Source of the DNA: a virus
Taxonomy: Duplodnaviria; Heunggongvirae; Uroviricota; Caudoviricetes
Length of the DNA stretch: 34,970 nt
Strand: one strand, 5' to 3'
Virus record (IMG/VR): IMGVR_UViG_2529292908_000012
Below the pieces are notes generated by a model that was not told the DNA's origin, searched no databases, and worked only from the letters and a program-made list of their open reading frames with translations. Shown here piece by piece: positions 26,332 through 34,970 of the stretch. Position 1 is the first letter of the stretch. Each line of letters starts with the position of its first letter. A program made the position numbers and the translations under genes.

Positions 26332-26625
26332 TTAATTACACAGTCGCATATCCTGAAGTAACACATCTATAGCTAACTTCACAGCGAGATCATCCAATTC
26401 ATCATGGTGAAGCACTCGGATCATTCCCGCAATAGCATCTGCTGAAATAGCTTCCCCAGTAGCAATAACCTCAAGCAACGACACCCCTAGAATTTCGACT
26501 ACCCGCTGGTGCAACACACCAAATTCCCCTTCGATTAACATGCAATCACCCATAACAATCAGCCTTTCCCCCTTGAAAATATCACGCGGATACCACAAAA
26601 ATAAAATATTTTTGTTATCAGTCAT
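26332..26625 (-). CDS. 97-aa hypothetical protein, convergent with cI, in the cI-N interval
   Basis: ORF occupying the position where lambda carries rexAB, but on the opposite strand; no family recognised. Confidence 0.5.
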   Translation of the reverse strand: MTDNKNILFLWYPRDIFKGERLIVMGDCMLIEGEFGVLHQRVVEILGVSLLEVIATGEAISADAIAGMIRVLHHDELDDLAVKLAIDVLLQDMRLCN

Positions 26626-26671
26626 TTATAACGTTTTTCATAAAATGATAAATATAGTTATTGCACAACCA

Positions 26672-26687
26672 GATAACTTAGGTTATC
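26672..26687. promoter_or_regulatory. OL-like operator palindrome GATAAC-TTAG-GTTATC upstream of N
   Basis: Perfect 6-bp inverted repeat with the same ATAAC/GTTAT half-sites as the cro-cI interval. Confidence 0.5.
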
Positions 26688-26733
26688 TTCAATTCAACAG
26701 CAGGACGCTGGAAGCCAAACGGAACAGATTGGC

Positions 26734-26775
26734 CGGCTCTTTAACATTGATGGACTCTCAACCTAACCGTTGAGA
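26734..26775 (+). promoter_or_regulatory. Candidate nutL (boxA-like CGGCTCTTTAA plus boxB hairpin tctcaac-ctaacc-gttgaga)
   Basis: boxA-like sequence about 11 nt upstream of a 7-bp stem / 6-nt loop hairpin, about 110 nt upstream of N. Confidence 0.5.
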
Positions 26776-26885
26776 CCAAAATCTAAGTGGTTTTGGGGAT
26801 GACGCGAATTTCAGTTGCAAGGCCGCGATCGAGAAGAAAAACACCTCGACGCGTCATACACCAAAGCCACTTAAAGGAGACCATC

Positions 26886-27191
26886 ATGGTAACCATAATC
26901 TGGAAAGAATCCAAAGGTACGGCAAAAAGCCGCTATAAAGCTCGCAGGGAAGAACTTATTGCAGAGCGGCGCAGTAGTGAAAGACTGACACGGAAGATTG
27001 CGCTAAAGATCTCTGGTTGCGTCGGAGCAGACAAAGCAGTATCACTCGGAAGCCTTCGCTGCAAGAAGGCAGAAGAAGTCGAGAGTAAACAGAACCGTAT
27101 TTACTACCGCAAACCACGCAGTGAAATGGGTGTGACTTGCTCAGGCCGCCAGAAACAACGCGGAAAATCAATTCCGGCTTATTACGATTGA
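26886..27191 (+). CDS. N: N-like transcription antiterminator
   Basis: Arg-rich N-terminus (SRYKARREELIAERR) and C-terminal YRKPRSEMGVTCSGRQKQRGKSIP resembling lambda N (..YSKPGERGITCSGRQKIKGKSIP) as recalled; SD aaggag 7 nt upstream. Confidence 0.75.
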   Translation: MVTIIWKESKGTAKSRYKARREELIAERRSSERLTRKIALKISGCVGADKAVSLGSLRCKKAEEVESKQNRIYYRKPRSEMGVTCSGRQKQRGKSIPAYYD

Positions 27192-27198
27192 GGTTAAT

Positions 27199-27481
27199 GA
27201 TGAAGTTCAAATTGAACGATGAAGTTAAATGGTCAAGCTCATCAAACGGTGTAACGAAGGTAAAAATCGGGTTTATCGTCGAGGTGATTCCTCCTGGTGT
27301 CAACGTAAAAAAATTCGAACTAGGCCGTCTGCTAGATGCACCTGGCCTTCCGAGGAAAGAAGAGAGCTATATAGTTTGTGTAGGTTCAAGACCCGGATCT
27401 CGTGCCAAGCCAAAATATTACTGGCCGCGAGTTAATAACCTGCGTCGATTACAACAAAAAACTTGCGCCCTTAAAACTTGA
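27199..27481 (+). CDS. Hypothetical early-left accessory protein
   Basis: ORF starting MMKFKLNDEV with SD gagg upstream; AT-rich. Confidence 0.45.
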
Positions 27482-27618
27482 AATTCTTCAGGCCGCCGGA
27501 AAAATGCAGCTTAAACTGGACGAATTCATCGACTGTATGGATGAAATGAATAAAGCAGTTCAGAAGCTTAAAGAGCTGACCGCCTGATATTAATAAATTG
27601 CAACTACCGGAGTTAACT

Positions 27619-27978
27619 ATGAATGAAACAGAACTGAAGCACATTATCGCCCTGCTTCTGGAAGATGCCAGACAGGTTTATCGACTTAGCCCAAATTCCG
27701 CAACGCAGGAACGCATCCGGATAGCGGAAACAGCACTGAAACAGGACAATGGAAACGGCATATCCAAATTTAGCGCCGCCAGTGAAAATGAAGTAATAGA
27801 AATAAACAGCAATATCAGCGACAGTTGCGTCGCTTACAGCCACCAAATAATTCGTGTAAGTGCAAGAATAATGGAAGTGATGGCAAGTGAGCTTGAAAAG
27901 AACAACATCAAGCCCACTGATTGTTGTTTAAGAACCGTAATGAACGTTATTTATTACTCGATGTTCCGAAGTCGCTAA
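27619..27978 (+). CDS. Hypothetical early-left accessory protein
   Basis: ORF starting MNETELKHIIALLLEDA with SD ggag 7 nt upstream. Confidence 0.5.
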   Translation: MNETELKHIIALLLEDARQVYRLSPNSATQERIRIAETALKQDNGNGISKFSAASENEVIEINSNISDSCVAYSHQIIRVSARIMEVMASELEKNNIKPTDCCLRTVMNVIYYSMFRSR

Positions 27979-28156
27979 CAGCGTCGAGTTTTTCATTAAA
28001 AAATGATTCAAATGCATCGTAAAATACGGCAATAGCACCGCCCTTATCTACCGCGGCAGGAACTGCCTTTTGAGGTATATCTTTCTCCGTAAATTGTGTG
28101 TTGTAAGTATCGACAGCCAGCCGCATCAGAAACATCACTTTTTCTTCTTGTGTCAT
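27947..28156 (-). CDS. 69-aa hypothetical protein encoded antisense to the pL operon
   Basis: Strong SD (aaggagag) 7 nt upstream of ATG; 3' end overlaps 27619..27978 convergently by 32 nt. Confidence 0.5.
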   Translation of the reverse strand: MTQEEKVMFLMRLAVDTYNTQFTEKDIPQKAVPAAVDKGGAIAVFYDAFESFFNEKLDAVSDFGTSSNK

Positions 28157-28612
28157 AAATTCACTCTCCTTACGGGGTTTGTAGTTGAGGAGTTCTCCAC
28201 GGGTGAGGTGGAGATCGTGCGCCGGACACGGGTGAGTTCCTGCACTCTCAGTTTACTGAACAGACATTACCCTGAAAGCCAGGGTACTACACGAAAGCGC
28301 GAGGCGAAGACTCTTTCCCATAGAAGGATTGTCGTTAGATTTCTTCGACCGTGCGCTTCCGGTTGTGAATAACAACATTGCTGTGTGTAACCCTTGGCGG
28401 ATATCGGTTTGCCGATTGCTGATGTCCGCCCTTTTTAAAGTGAATTTTGTGATGCGGTGAATGCGGCTATGCGCACGCGGAACAGTTAAACCGACAGGAT
28501 GTCACGGAAAGTCATCGTCCCCTGACCCGGCGTTAGTTGTTAACTGGTTAACGTCACCTGGAGGCACCAGGCACCGCATCAACAAAGTTCATTTGTGAAA
28601 ATGGAGATAATT

Positions 28613-28834
28613 ATGATTGCTCATCACTTCGGAACTGATGAAATACCACGTCAGTGCGTGACGCCTGGCGATTATGTTCTTCATGAAGGTCGGACATATA
28701 TCGCTTCAGCAAACAATATTGAAAAGAGAAAACTCTATATTCGTAACTTCACAACAAAAACATGCATTACCGACTGCATGATTAAAGTTTTCATCGGGCG
28801 CGATGGCTTACCCGTAAAAGCAGCGTCGTTGTGA
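28613..28834 (+). CDS. Hypothetical early-left accessory protein
   Basis: [24 protein letters not shown].. with SD ggag 7 nt upstream. Confidence 0.45.
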   Translation: MIAHHFGTDEIPRQCVTPGDYVLHEGRTYIASANNIEKRKLYIRNFTTKTCITDCMIKVFIGRDGLPVKAASL

Positions 28835-28917
28835 CGAGTAATAAAATACACCTTCCATATCTGTAACAGACAAGCCGAAATAAAACCGCATTAATTATCA
28901 ATCACGGAAAAATCAAA

Positions 28918-29304
28918 ATGAAAGAACTTGCGCAAAATGAAATATTTTCCAAAACCAGTCCTGATGCAATAAATGAACTCAAAGAAATTGCAGAACGCAT
29001 CAGTAAAATATGCAAAGAATACAAAATCGACTTTGTATTTTCTTTTTCAGTGCTTACAGAAGTTGGAAATAACGAATATAAGGACAGTCGTTTTGTTTTA
29101 TGTGGGTTAAATGGCAAAACACCAAGCCCATATATTCATGCTGCACGTGAAGTTGTCAGAAGCAACATTGGAGTACAACAAATCCATACACTTGCACAGG
29201 CTCTTGAGTTTGCAAGAGAAAATTCTGAGTGCGACTGCCCTGAATGCCAGCACGAAAAGGGAAAAACAACTCACAAAACAGCAAACCAGGCAACCTTCCA
29301 CTGA
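28918..29304 (+). CDS. Hypothetical protein with C-terminal Cys/His cluster (CDCPECQHEKG)
   Basis: 128-aa ORF in the AT-rich early-left region. Confidence 0.5.
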   Translation: MKELAQNEIFSKTSPDAINELKEIAERISKICKEYKIDFVFSFSVLTEVGNNEYKDSRFVLCGLNGKTPSPYIHAAREVVRSNIGVQQIHTLAQALEFARENSECDCPECQHEKGKTTHKTANQATFH

Positions 29305-29411
29305 AATAAAAATCCGGCAGCGCAGGCTACCGGATTTCTCCCTGCGTCACCGTATTCGGAGAAATCAGACAAAGGGCCGCTAATTCTAATCCAGCCAGAG
29401 GTTTAAATACA

Positions 29412-31484
29412 ATGAGCGCTGATAAACAGACTTTTGCACTACACTGCGAAGCAAAAAACGATAAAGTCAGAAAACGCCTTGGCATCAAAGGCGGTTTTTT
29501 CTGGACCGAGGCCAGAAAACTTTCTGTCGCAGTTTCCCGCTGCATTGCAGCCATGGACGATGCAGGCTACGACGAGGATGATTTCAAAAAACCCGTTCGC
29601 GTAAATTTCCCCGTCGTGAATGACCTTCCACCGGAAGGCGTGTTTGATACTGAATTCTGCAACCGCTATGAAAAAGGCGGTAACGATGGCATCACCATGA
29701 TGGCTATCCCCTTCGATGACAACATCAACGGTGAAGATGCCACAACTGCTGGCGATGACAACGATAACCTGGACGGAACTATTCCGGATGATGTGGAGAA
29801 AAGCGAATCCCCGGACAGCGACGATGACTGTTCTGAGTGTGAAATTCCCGTCGCCACTCTGAGCCTTACTCATCGCTTCCTTCACCTCTTCTTATTCAGC
29901 AAAGATGAAGATGGAAAATACCGGCATCATGCCACACCAGAACAACGCAATAACGTGATCCGTATGGAGATGGACACAGAGGACAGTTACCTTCAGAGCC
30001 TGCTTACTGCTGTGCGCGCCGCGCATCATGAACTGGATAAACTGACGAACTATCACCTTAGTCGCCTGGCTGAATCTGTAGGGAAAGCATTCCCCCACTC
30101 TGCAAATCATCGCATCAGCCCGGCTGAATTCGACAAGTTCATTTCCACCTGGATGAAAACTGACTACCTTGATCAGGGCCTGCTGACAAAAGAATGGCAG
30201 AACGGAAATTATGTTTCAGGCATTACCCGTACGCCTTCCGGTGCTAACGCTGGCGGCGGAAATATTACCGATCGTGGTGAAGGATTCAAACATGATAAGA
30301 CATCACTCGCACGAGATGTAGCCACCGGCGTTCTGGCCCGTTCAATGGATGTGGATATTTATAACCTGCACCCAGCACACGCAAAACGCGTTGAAGAAAT
30401 CGTGTCAGAGAATAAGCCGCCCTTTTCTGTTTTTCGCGACAAATTTATCGCCATGCCCGGTGGGCTGGATTATTCCCGCGCCATTGTGGTGGCTTCCGTG
30501 AAAGAAGCACCAATCGGCATTGAGGCCATCCCGGCACGCGTGACTGAATATCTCAACAAAGTGTTGACCGAAACCGATCACGCTAACCCGGATCCGGAAA
30601 TCGTGGAAATTGCCTGCGGTCGCTCATCAGCACCGATGCCGCAGCGCGGAACAGCAGAAGGAAAACATGGCGATGAAGAAAAGCAACAAACATCGGACAC
30701 AATGGCTAATGAACAGGCAGCGCCTGAATCAGTGGAAGAAATTCCAGTTAAACATAATGAGGACACGCAATCACTGGAAAATGTCTCATCTGTAGAAACG
30801 AAATACCAGGAACTGAGGGAGGAACTCAATAAAGCCAGGGAAAACATCCCCCCAAAAAATCCAGTCGATGCCGACAAATTACTGGCTGCCTCGCGTGGAG
30901 AATTCGTTGAAGGCATCAGTAACCCTGCTGATCCGAAGTGGGTGAAGGGGATCCAGACTCGCGACACTGAGGACCAGAATCAGCCCAAAGTGGAACAAAT
31001 TGCCCCAGAAGCGGGACAAAACAGCCCGGATACGCAACAAAACGGGCCAGAAGAGCAACAGCCAGGGCCAGTAATGCAACAGGAAGTGGAAAAGGTTTGC
31101 ACCACATGCAGTCAGAACGGTGGCGGCCATTGCCCTGACTGTGGTCCAGTAATGGGAGATGAAACTTACGCTGAAACTTTTGGAGAAAATGACGCCGCTG
31201 ATGGAGAAGACTCAGCACAAACTGAGGAGAAGATCATTCAGGAAAACTCTGTTGATGCCGCTCAGGAGGGCGAAACCGTTGTTCAGAACGAGCCAGGCAG
31301 TGATACGTCCGGCGATGACGCCAATTCTGAGCCAGTAACTCTCGACTGGAAAAGACAGCTCGTGATTGCCGCCGTCTATGGTTTGTGCGCCAACCCCGCA
31401 TGTATAGCCACAGCGCCAGCAATCCCTGATATCGCCATCATGATTGCCAACAGGCTTGAAAATTTCGAAGGTGATAAATCATGA
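29412..31484 (+). CDS. 690-aa highly acidic protein with C4 zinc ribbon, translationally coupled to gam
   Basis: Long ORF; acidic tracts ([30 protein letters not shown]); [16 protein letters not shown] at aa 563-578 (nt 31098..31145); hydrophobic C-terminal segment; stop overlaps the gam ATG. Confidence 0.8.
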   Translation: MSADKQTFALHCEAKNDKVRKRLGIKGGFFWTEARKLSVAVSRCIAAMDDAGYDEDDFKKPVRVNFPVVNDLPPEGVFDTEFCNRYEKGGNDGITMMAIPFDDNINGEDATTAGDDNDNLDGTIPDDVEKSESPDSDDDCSECEIPVATLSLTHRFLHLFLFSKDEDGKYRHHATPEQRNNVIRMEMDTEDSYLQSLLTAVRAAHHELDKLTNYHLSRLAESVGKAFPHSANHRISPAEFDKFISTWMKTDYLDQGLLTKEWQNGNYVSGITRTPSGANAGGGNITDRGEGFKHDKTSLARDVATGVLARSMDVDIYNLHPAHAKRVEEIVSENKPPFSVFRDKFIAMPGGLDYSRAIVVASVKEAPIGIEAIPARVTEYLNKVLTETDHANPDPEIVEIACGRSSAPMPQRGTAEGKHGDEEKQQTSDTMANEQAAPESVEEIPVKHNEDTQSLENVSSVETKYQELREELNKARENIPPKNPVDADKLLAASRGEFVEGISNPADPKWVKGIQTRDTEDQNQPKVEQIAPEAGQNSPDTQQNGPEEQQPGPVMQQEVEKVCTTCSQNGGGHCPDCGPVMGDETYAETFGENDAADGEDSAQTEEKIIQENSVDAAQEGETVVQNEPGSDTSGDDANSEPVTLDWKRQLVIAAVYGLCANPACIATAPAIPDIAIMIANRLENFEGDKS

Positions 31485-31777
31485 ATGCCTGGCTTATCCC
31501 CGATCGCATTGAAGAGCAGTCATGGGCACGACACTACCAGCAAATTGCCCGTGAAGAAACTGAAGCTGAGCTGGCAGACGACCTGGAAAAAGGTCTGCCC
31601 CAACACCTGTTTGAATCGCTATGCATCGATAATCTGCAACGTCACGGGGCCAGCAAAAAAGCTATTTCCCGTGCATTTGATGACGATGTCGATTTTCAGG
31701 AACGCATGGCAGAACACATCCGCTACATGGCTGAAACCATCGCCCGTCACCAAATTAATATTGATTCAGAGGTATAA
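31481..31777 (+). CDS. gam: Gam (RecBCD inhibitor), short form
   Basis: [59 protein letters not shown] is near-identical to the lambda Gam C-terminal 98 aa as recalled. Confidence 0.9.
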   Translation: MNAWLIPDRIEEQSWARHYQQIAREETEAELADDLEKGLPQHLFESLCIDNLQRHGASKKAISRAFDDDVDFQERMAEHIRYMAETIARHQINIDSEV

Positions 31778-31782
31778 AACGG

Positions 31783-32568
31783 ATGAGTACAGCACTCGCA
31801 ACGCTGGCAGGGAAGCTGGCTGAACGTGTCGGCATGGATTCTGTCGACCCACAGGAACTAATCACCACTCTTCGCCAGACGGCATTTAAAGGTGATGCCA
31901 GCGATGCGCAATTTATCGCATTGTTGATCGTCGCCAACCAGTACGGCCTTAATCCCTGGACGAAAGAAATTTACGCCTTCCCTGACAAGCAGAACGGCAT
32001 CGTTCCGGTGGTTGGCGTTGATGGCTGGTCCCGCATTATCAATGAAAACCAGCAGTTTGATGGCATGGACTTTGAGCAGGACAATGAGTCCTGTACATGC
32101 CGGATTTACCGCAAAGATCGCAATCACCCGATCTGCGTTACCGAGTGGATGGATGAATGTCGCCGCGCACCATTCAAAACCCGCGAAGGCAGAGAAATCA
32201 CCGGACCGTGGCAGTCGCATCCCAAACGGATGTTACGGCACAAAGCCATGATTCAGTGTGCTCGCCTGGCCTTCGGATTTGCTGGCATCTATGACAAGGA
32301 TGAAGCCGAGCGTATTGTCGAAAATACTGCATATACTACAGAACGTCAGCCGGAACGCGACATCACCCCGGTTAACGAAGAAACCATGTCGGAAATTAAC
32401 GCCCTTCTTACTTCCATGGAAAAAACGTGGGATGACGACCTGTTGCCGCTCTGTTCCCAGATTTTTCGCCGCAACATTTACACATCTTCAGAACTAACAC
32501 AGGCTGAAGCTGTGAAGGTTCTTGGATTCCTGAAACAGAAAGTCACAGAGCAGAAGGTAGCAGCATGA
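31783..32568 (+). CDS. bet: Bet (Red-beta single-strand annealing protein)
   Basis: 261-aa ORF near-identical to lambda Bet as recalled. Confidence 0.95.
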   Translation: MSTALATLAGKLAERVGMDSVDPQELITTLRQTAFKGDASDAQFIALLIVANQYGLNPWTKEIYAFPDKQNGIVPVVGVDGWSRIINENQQFDGMDFEQDNESCTCRIYRKDRNHPICVTEWMDECRRAPFKTREGREITGPWQSHPKRMLRHKAMIQCARLAFGFAGIYDKDEAERIVENTAYTTERQPERDITPVNEETMSEINALLTSMEKTWDDDLLPLCSQIFRRNIYTSSELTQAEAVKVLGFLKQKVTEQKVAA

Positions 32569-33242
32569 CACCGGACATTATCCTGCAACGTACAGGGATC
32601 GACGTGAGAGCTGTCGAACAGGGGGATGATGCGTGGCACAAATTACGGCTCGGCGTCATCACCGCTTCAGAAGTTCACAACGTGATAGCAAAACCCCGCT
32701 CAGGAAAGAAATGGCCTGACATGAAAATGTCCTACTTCCACACCCTGCTGGCTGAGGTTTGCACCGGTGTGGCTCCGGAAGTTAACGCTAAAGCGCTGGC
32801 CTGGGGAAAACAGTACGAGAACGACGCCAGAGCCCTCTTTGAGTTCACTTCCGGCGTGAATGTTACTGAATCCCCGATCATCTATCGCGACGAAAGTATG
32901 CGCACCGCTTGCTCTCCCGATGGTTTATGCAGTGACGGCAACGGCCTTGAACTGAAATGCCCGTTTACCTCCCGGGATTTCATGAAATTCCGGCTCGGTG
33001 GTTTCGAGGCAATAAAATCGGCTTACATGGCCCAGGTGCAGTACAGCATGTGGGTGACGCGAAAAGATGCCTGGTACTTTGCCAACTATGACCCGCGCAT
33101 GAAGCGTGAAGGCCTGCATTATGTCGTGATTGAGCGGAATGAAAAGTACATGGCGAGTTTTGACGAGATGGTGCCGGAGTTCATCGAAAAAATGGACGAG
33201 GCACTGGCTGAAATTGGTTTTGTATTTGGGGAGCAATGGTGA
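32565..33242 (+). CDS. exo: Lambda-type 5'-3' exonuclease (Red-alpha)
   Basis: [54 protein letters not shown].. is near-identical to lambda Exo as recalled. Confidence 0.95.
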   Translation: MTPDIILQRTGIDVRAVEQGDDAWHKLRLGVITASEVHNVIAKPRSGKKWPDMKMSYFHTLLAEVCTGVAPEVNAKALAWGKQYENDARALFEFTSGVNVTESPIIYRDESMRTACSPDGLCSDGNGLELKCPFTSRDFMKFRLGGFEAIKSAYMAQVQYSMWVTRKDAWYFANYDPRMKREGLHYVVIERNEKYMASFDEMVPEFIEKMDEALAEIGFVFGEQW

Positions 33243-33293
33243 TAGCCAGTAGCAACGAGGTGCAAATGATATGACAATTAAGGAATACTACCG

Positions 33294-33545
33294 GTGTTCG
33301 TTCTAATCCAGCGCGGGCAGTCTTTCGTCGATGCCAACAACTATCCGGTTGAAGTCTGCAAAATCACTCTGACGCAGGTAATCTTCCGCAGGCTGGATGG
33401 GAGAACCAGAGCCGCTTCAATTAGCGCATTTAATGCAGAATTTGAGCGAATCGATCACAACGAACTACACATGATTAAAGCAGAAATTGAGAAGGAAAAG
33501 CATATTGCCAGCCTTCGAAAAATGCGCCGCATATCAATCAACTGA
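33294..33545 (+). CDS. Hypothetical protein between exo and xis (GTG start)
   Basis: 83-aa ORF in the position of lambda ea-type genes. Confidence 0.45.
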   Translation: MFVLIQRGQSFVDANNYPVEVCKITLTQVIFRRLDGRTRAASISAFNAEFERIDHNELHMIKAEIEKEKHIASLRKMRRISIN

Positions 33546-33579
33546 CAACCGCCTTCGGGCGGTTTTTAATGGCGAAAAT

Positions 33580-33951
33580 ATGGATTCACACAGTATCACC
33601 CTCAAAGAGGCCTGTAAGTTTCTCAAGATATCAAGGCCAACAGCTGTTAACTGGATACGAACGGGCCGACTACAGGCAACCCGAAAAAATTCTTCCGGTA
33701 AAAGATCACCTTATCTCACAACCCGGCAAGCCTGCATTGCAGCACTTCATTCACCGCTGCATACTGTCCAGGTGAGCGCGGGTGATGGCATAACAGAGGA
33801 AAGAAAATGTCACTCTTCCGCAGAGGTGAAATATGGTACGCCTCGTACTCGCTCCCGGGCGGGAAGCGAATTAAGGAGTCTCTTGGCACAAAGGACAAGC
33901 GGCAAGCTCAGGAGTTGCACGACAAGCGAAAAGCAGAACTCTGGCGAGTAG
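33580..33951 (+). CDS. xis: Excisionase-like HTH protein (AlpA/Xis-type); 3' end uncertain, frame overlaps int by about 145 nt
   Basis: [31 protein letters not shown] resembles AlpA/Xis-type HTH; the frame has no stop until 33951. Confidence 0.5.
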   Translation: MDSHSITLKEACKFLKISRPTAVNWIRTGRLQATRKNSSGKRSPYLTTRQACIAALHSPLHTVQVSAGDGITEERKCHSSAEVKYGTPRTRSRAGSELRSLLAQRTSGKLRSCTTSEKQNSGE

Positions 33952-34970
33952 ACAGACTGGGGGATATGCCAGATGTCACTTTCGAAGAAGCCTGCCTGAG
34001 ATGGCTTGAGGAAAAAGCCGACAAGAAATCCATCGATTCCGATAAATCCAGAATCGCATTCTGGATTGAGCATTTCGAGGGAATAAGGATTAAGGATATA
34101 TCGGAGGCAATGATCTACTCAGTTATCAGCAAAGCGTATAACCGAAAAACAAAGGAGAGATGGAAGTTGCAGGTGGAGGCTGCATTAAGAAAAGGGAAAG
34201 AACCACCAGCCTATATACCTAAATCGGTGAGCACGCAAACAAAAGCAACACACCTGGCAATGATCAAGGCTATTCTGCGCGCCGCAGAGCGAGACTGGAA
34301 ATGGCTTGAAAAAGCACCTGTAATCAAAATACCTGCCGTAAAAAACAAACGCGTGAGATGGCTGGAAAAAGAAGAAGCCAGGAGACTCATTGATGCATGT
34401 TCTGATCCCCTGAAATCTGTAGTTAAATTTGCACTGGCAACTGGCCTGAGGAGATCAAACATTATTAATCTGGAGTGGCAACAAATCGATATGCAGCGAC
34501 GTGTTGCCTGGGTAAACCCTGAAGACAGTAAGTCAAACCGCGCTATTGGGGTCGCACTGAATGACACTGCCTGCAAGGTGTTGCGTGATCAAATAGGCAA
34601 ACATCACCGCTGGGTGTTTGTTTATACCACTGCTGCCAGAAGGCCTGACGGGACAATGACACCAAGCATCAGAAAGATGCGCCTGGACTATAACACATCG
34701 TGGTTAACAGCATGTCGTCGGGCAGGAATTGAAAATTTCCGTTTTCATGACCTCCGCCATACCTGGGCCAGTTGGTTAATTCAGTCAGGTGTACCACTGT
34801 CAGTACTTCAGGAAATGGGCGGCTGGGAGTCTATCGAAATGGTGCGTAGGTACGCACACCTTGCACCTAATCATTTGACAGAGCACGCGAGGAAAATTGA
34901 CGACATATTGGGTGACGATGTCCCAAATTTGTCCCACCCTGAGGTTTTTGAGGATGCAAAGAAAGCATAA
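33807..34970 (+). CDS. int: Tyrosine integrase, DLP12/phage-21 IntD-like
   Basis: [22 protein letters not shown]-terminus and C-terminal catalytic region [40 protein letters not shown]; stop codon is the last triplet of the window. Confidence 0.9.
   Translation: MSLFRRGEIWYASYSLPGGKRIKESLGTKDKRQAQELHDKRKAELWRVDRLGDMPDVTFEEACLRWLEEKADKKSIDSDKSRIAFWIEHFEGIRIKDISEAMIYSVISKAYNRKTKERWKLQVEAALRKGKEPPAYIPKSVSTQTKATHLAMIKAILRAAERDWKWLEKAPVIKIPAVKNKRVRWLEKEEARRLIDACSDPLKSVVKFALATGLRRSNIINLEWQQIDMQRRVAWVNPEDSKSNRAIGVALNDTACKVLRDQIGKHHRWVFVYTTAARRPDGTMTPSIRKMRLDYNTSWLTACRRAGIENFRFHDLRHTWASWLIQSGVPLSVLQEMGGWESIEMVRRYAHLAPNHLTEHARKIDDILGDDVPNLSHPEVFEDAKKA

Larger units (their letters stand above)
1187..34970. 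mobile_element. Defective lambdoid prophage (int to late/moron region); left boundary approximate, right att site lies outside window
   Basis: Collinear lambda-like modules (int-xis-exo-bet-gam-N-cI/cro-cII-O-P-nin-lysis-J fragment) but no terminase, portal, capsid or tail genes and no Q-like ORF. Confidence 0.75.

Noticed and set aside
29439-29885. 148-aa antisense ORF within the 690-aa gene, and similar antisense ORFs inside bet (31858..32220), exo (32925..33236) and cI (25863..26051)
   Set aside because: They are embedded antisense to near-canonical phage genes and lack ribosome-binding sites
1-34970. Insertion sequences, transposase genes, or Shiga toxin genes
   Set aside because: No transposase-like ORF or terminal inverted repeats were seen, and no StxA/StxB-like ORFs are present despite the nanS-p gene; the mobile character comes from the prophage integrase alone

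Overview
This window reads as a defective (cryptic) lambdoid prophage, laid out in reverse relative to the standard lambda map. The + strand carries an N-like antiterminator, accessory early-left genes, a 690-aa acidic zinc-ribbon protein, gam, bet, exo, xis and a DLP12/phage-21-type tyrosine integrase at the right edge. The immunity region has a LexA-like cI (+) and cro (-) with palindromic operators and candidate nutL/nutR sites. The - strand carries cII, an O-like replication initiator with ~60-bp direct repeats, a DnaC-like loader and nin-region genes. No Q antiterminator was recognised; its usual position holds a toxin cluster (5'-truncated HigB-2-like toxin with intact HigA-like antitoxin, Doc-like toxin, hok/mok, two small hydrophobic peptides). 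The late region keeps a nanS-p-type esterase, a dual-start holin, a SAR endolysin and a truncated Rz fused to a J-like tail-tip 3' fragment, so the head and tail genes are deleted. Beyond a lom/ail-like N-terminal fragment sits the most striking module: a glycine-zipper 83-aa protein, a 421-aa coiled-coil protein and an intact 2784-aa giant ORF with two HExxH motifs. The left ~1.2 kb is a second, diverged copy of a nin-type DUF551 module. No rRNA, tRNA, CRISPR array or transposase was seen. All homology calls come from reading the translations and recalled family features, not from database searches.
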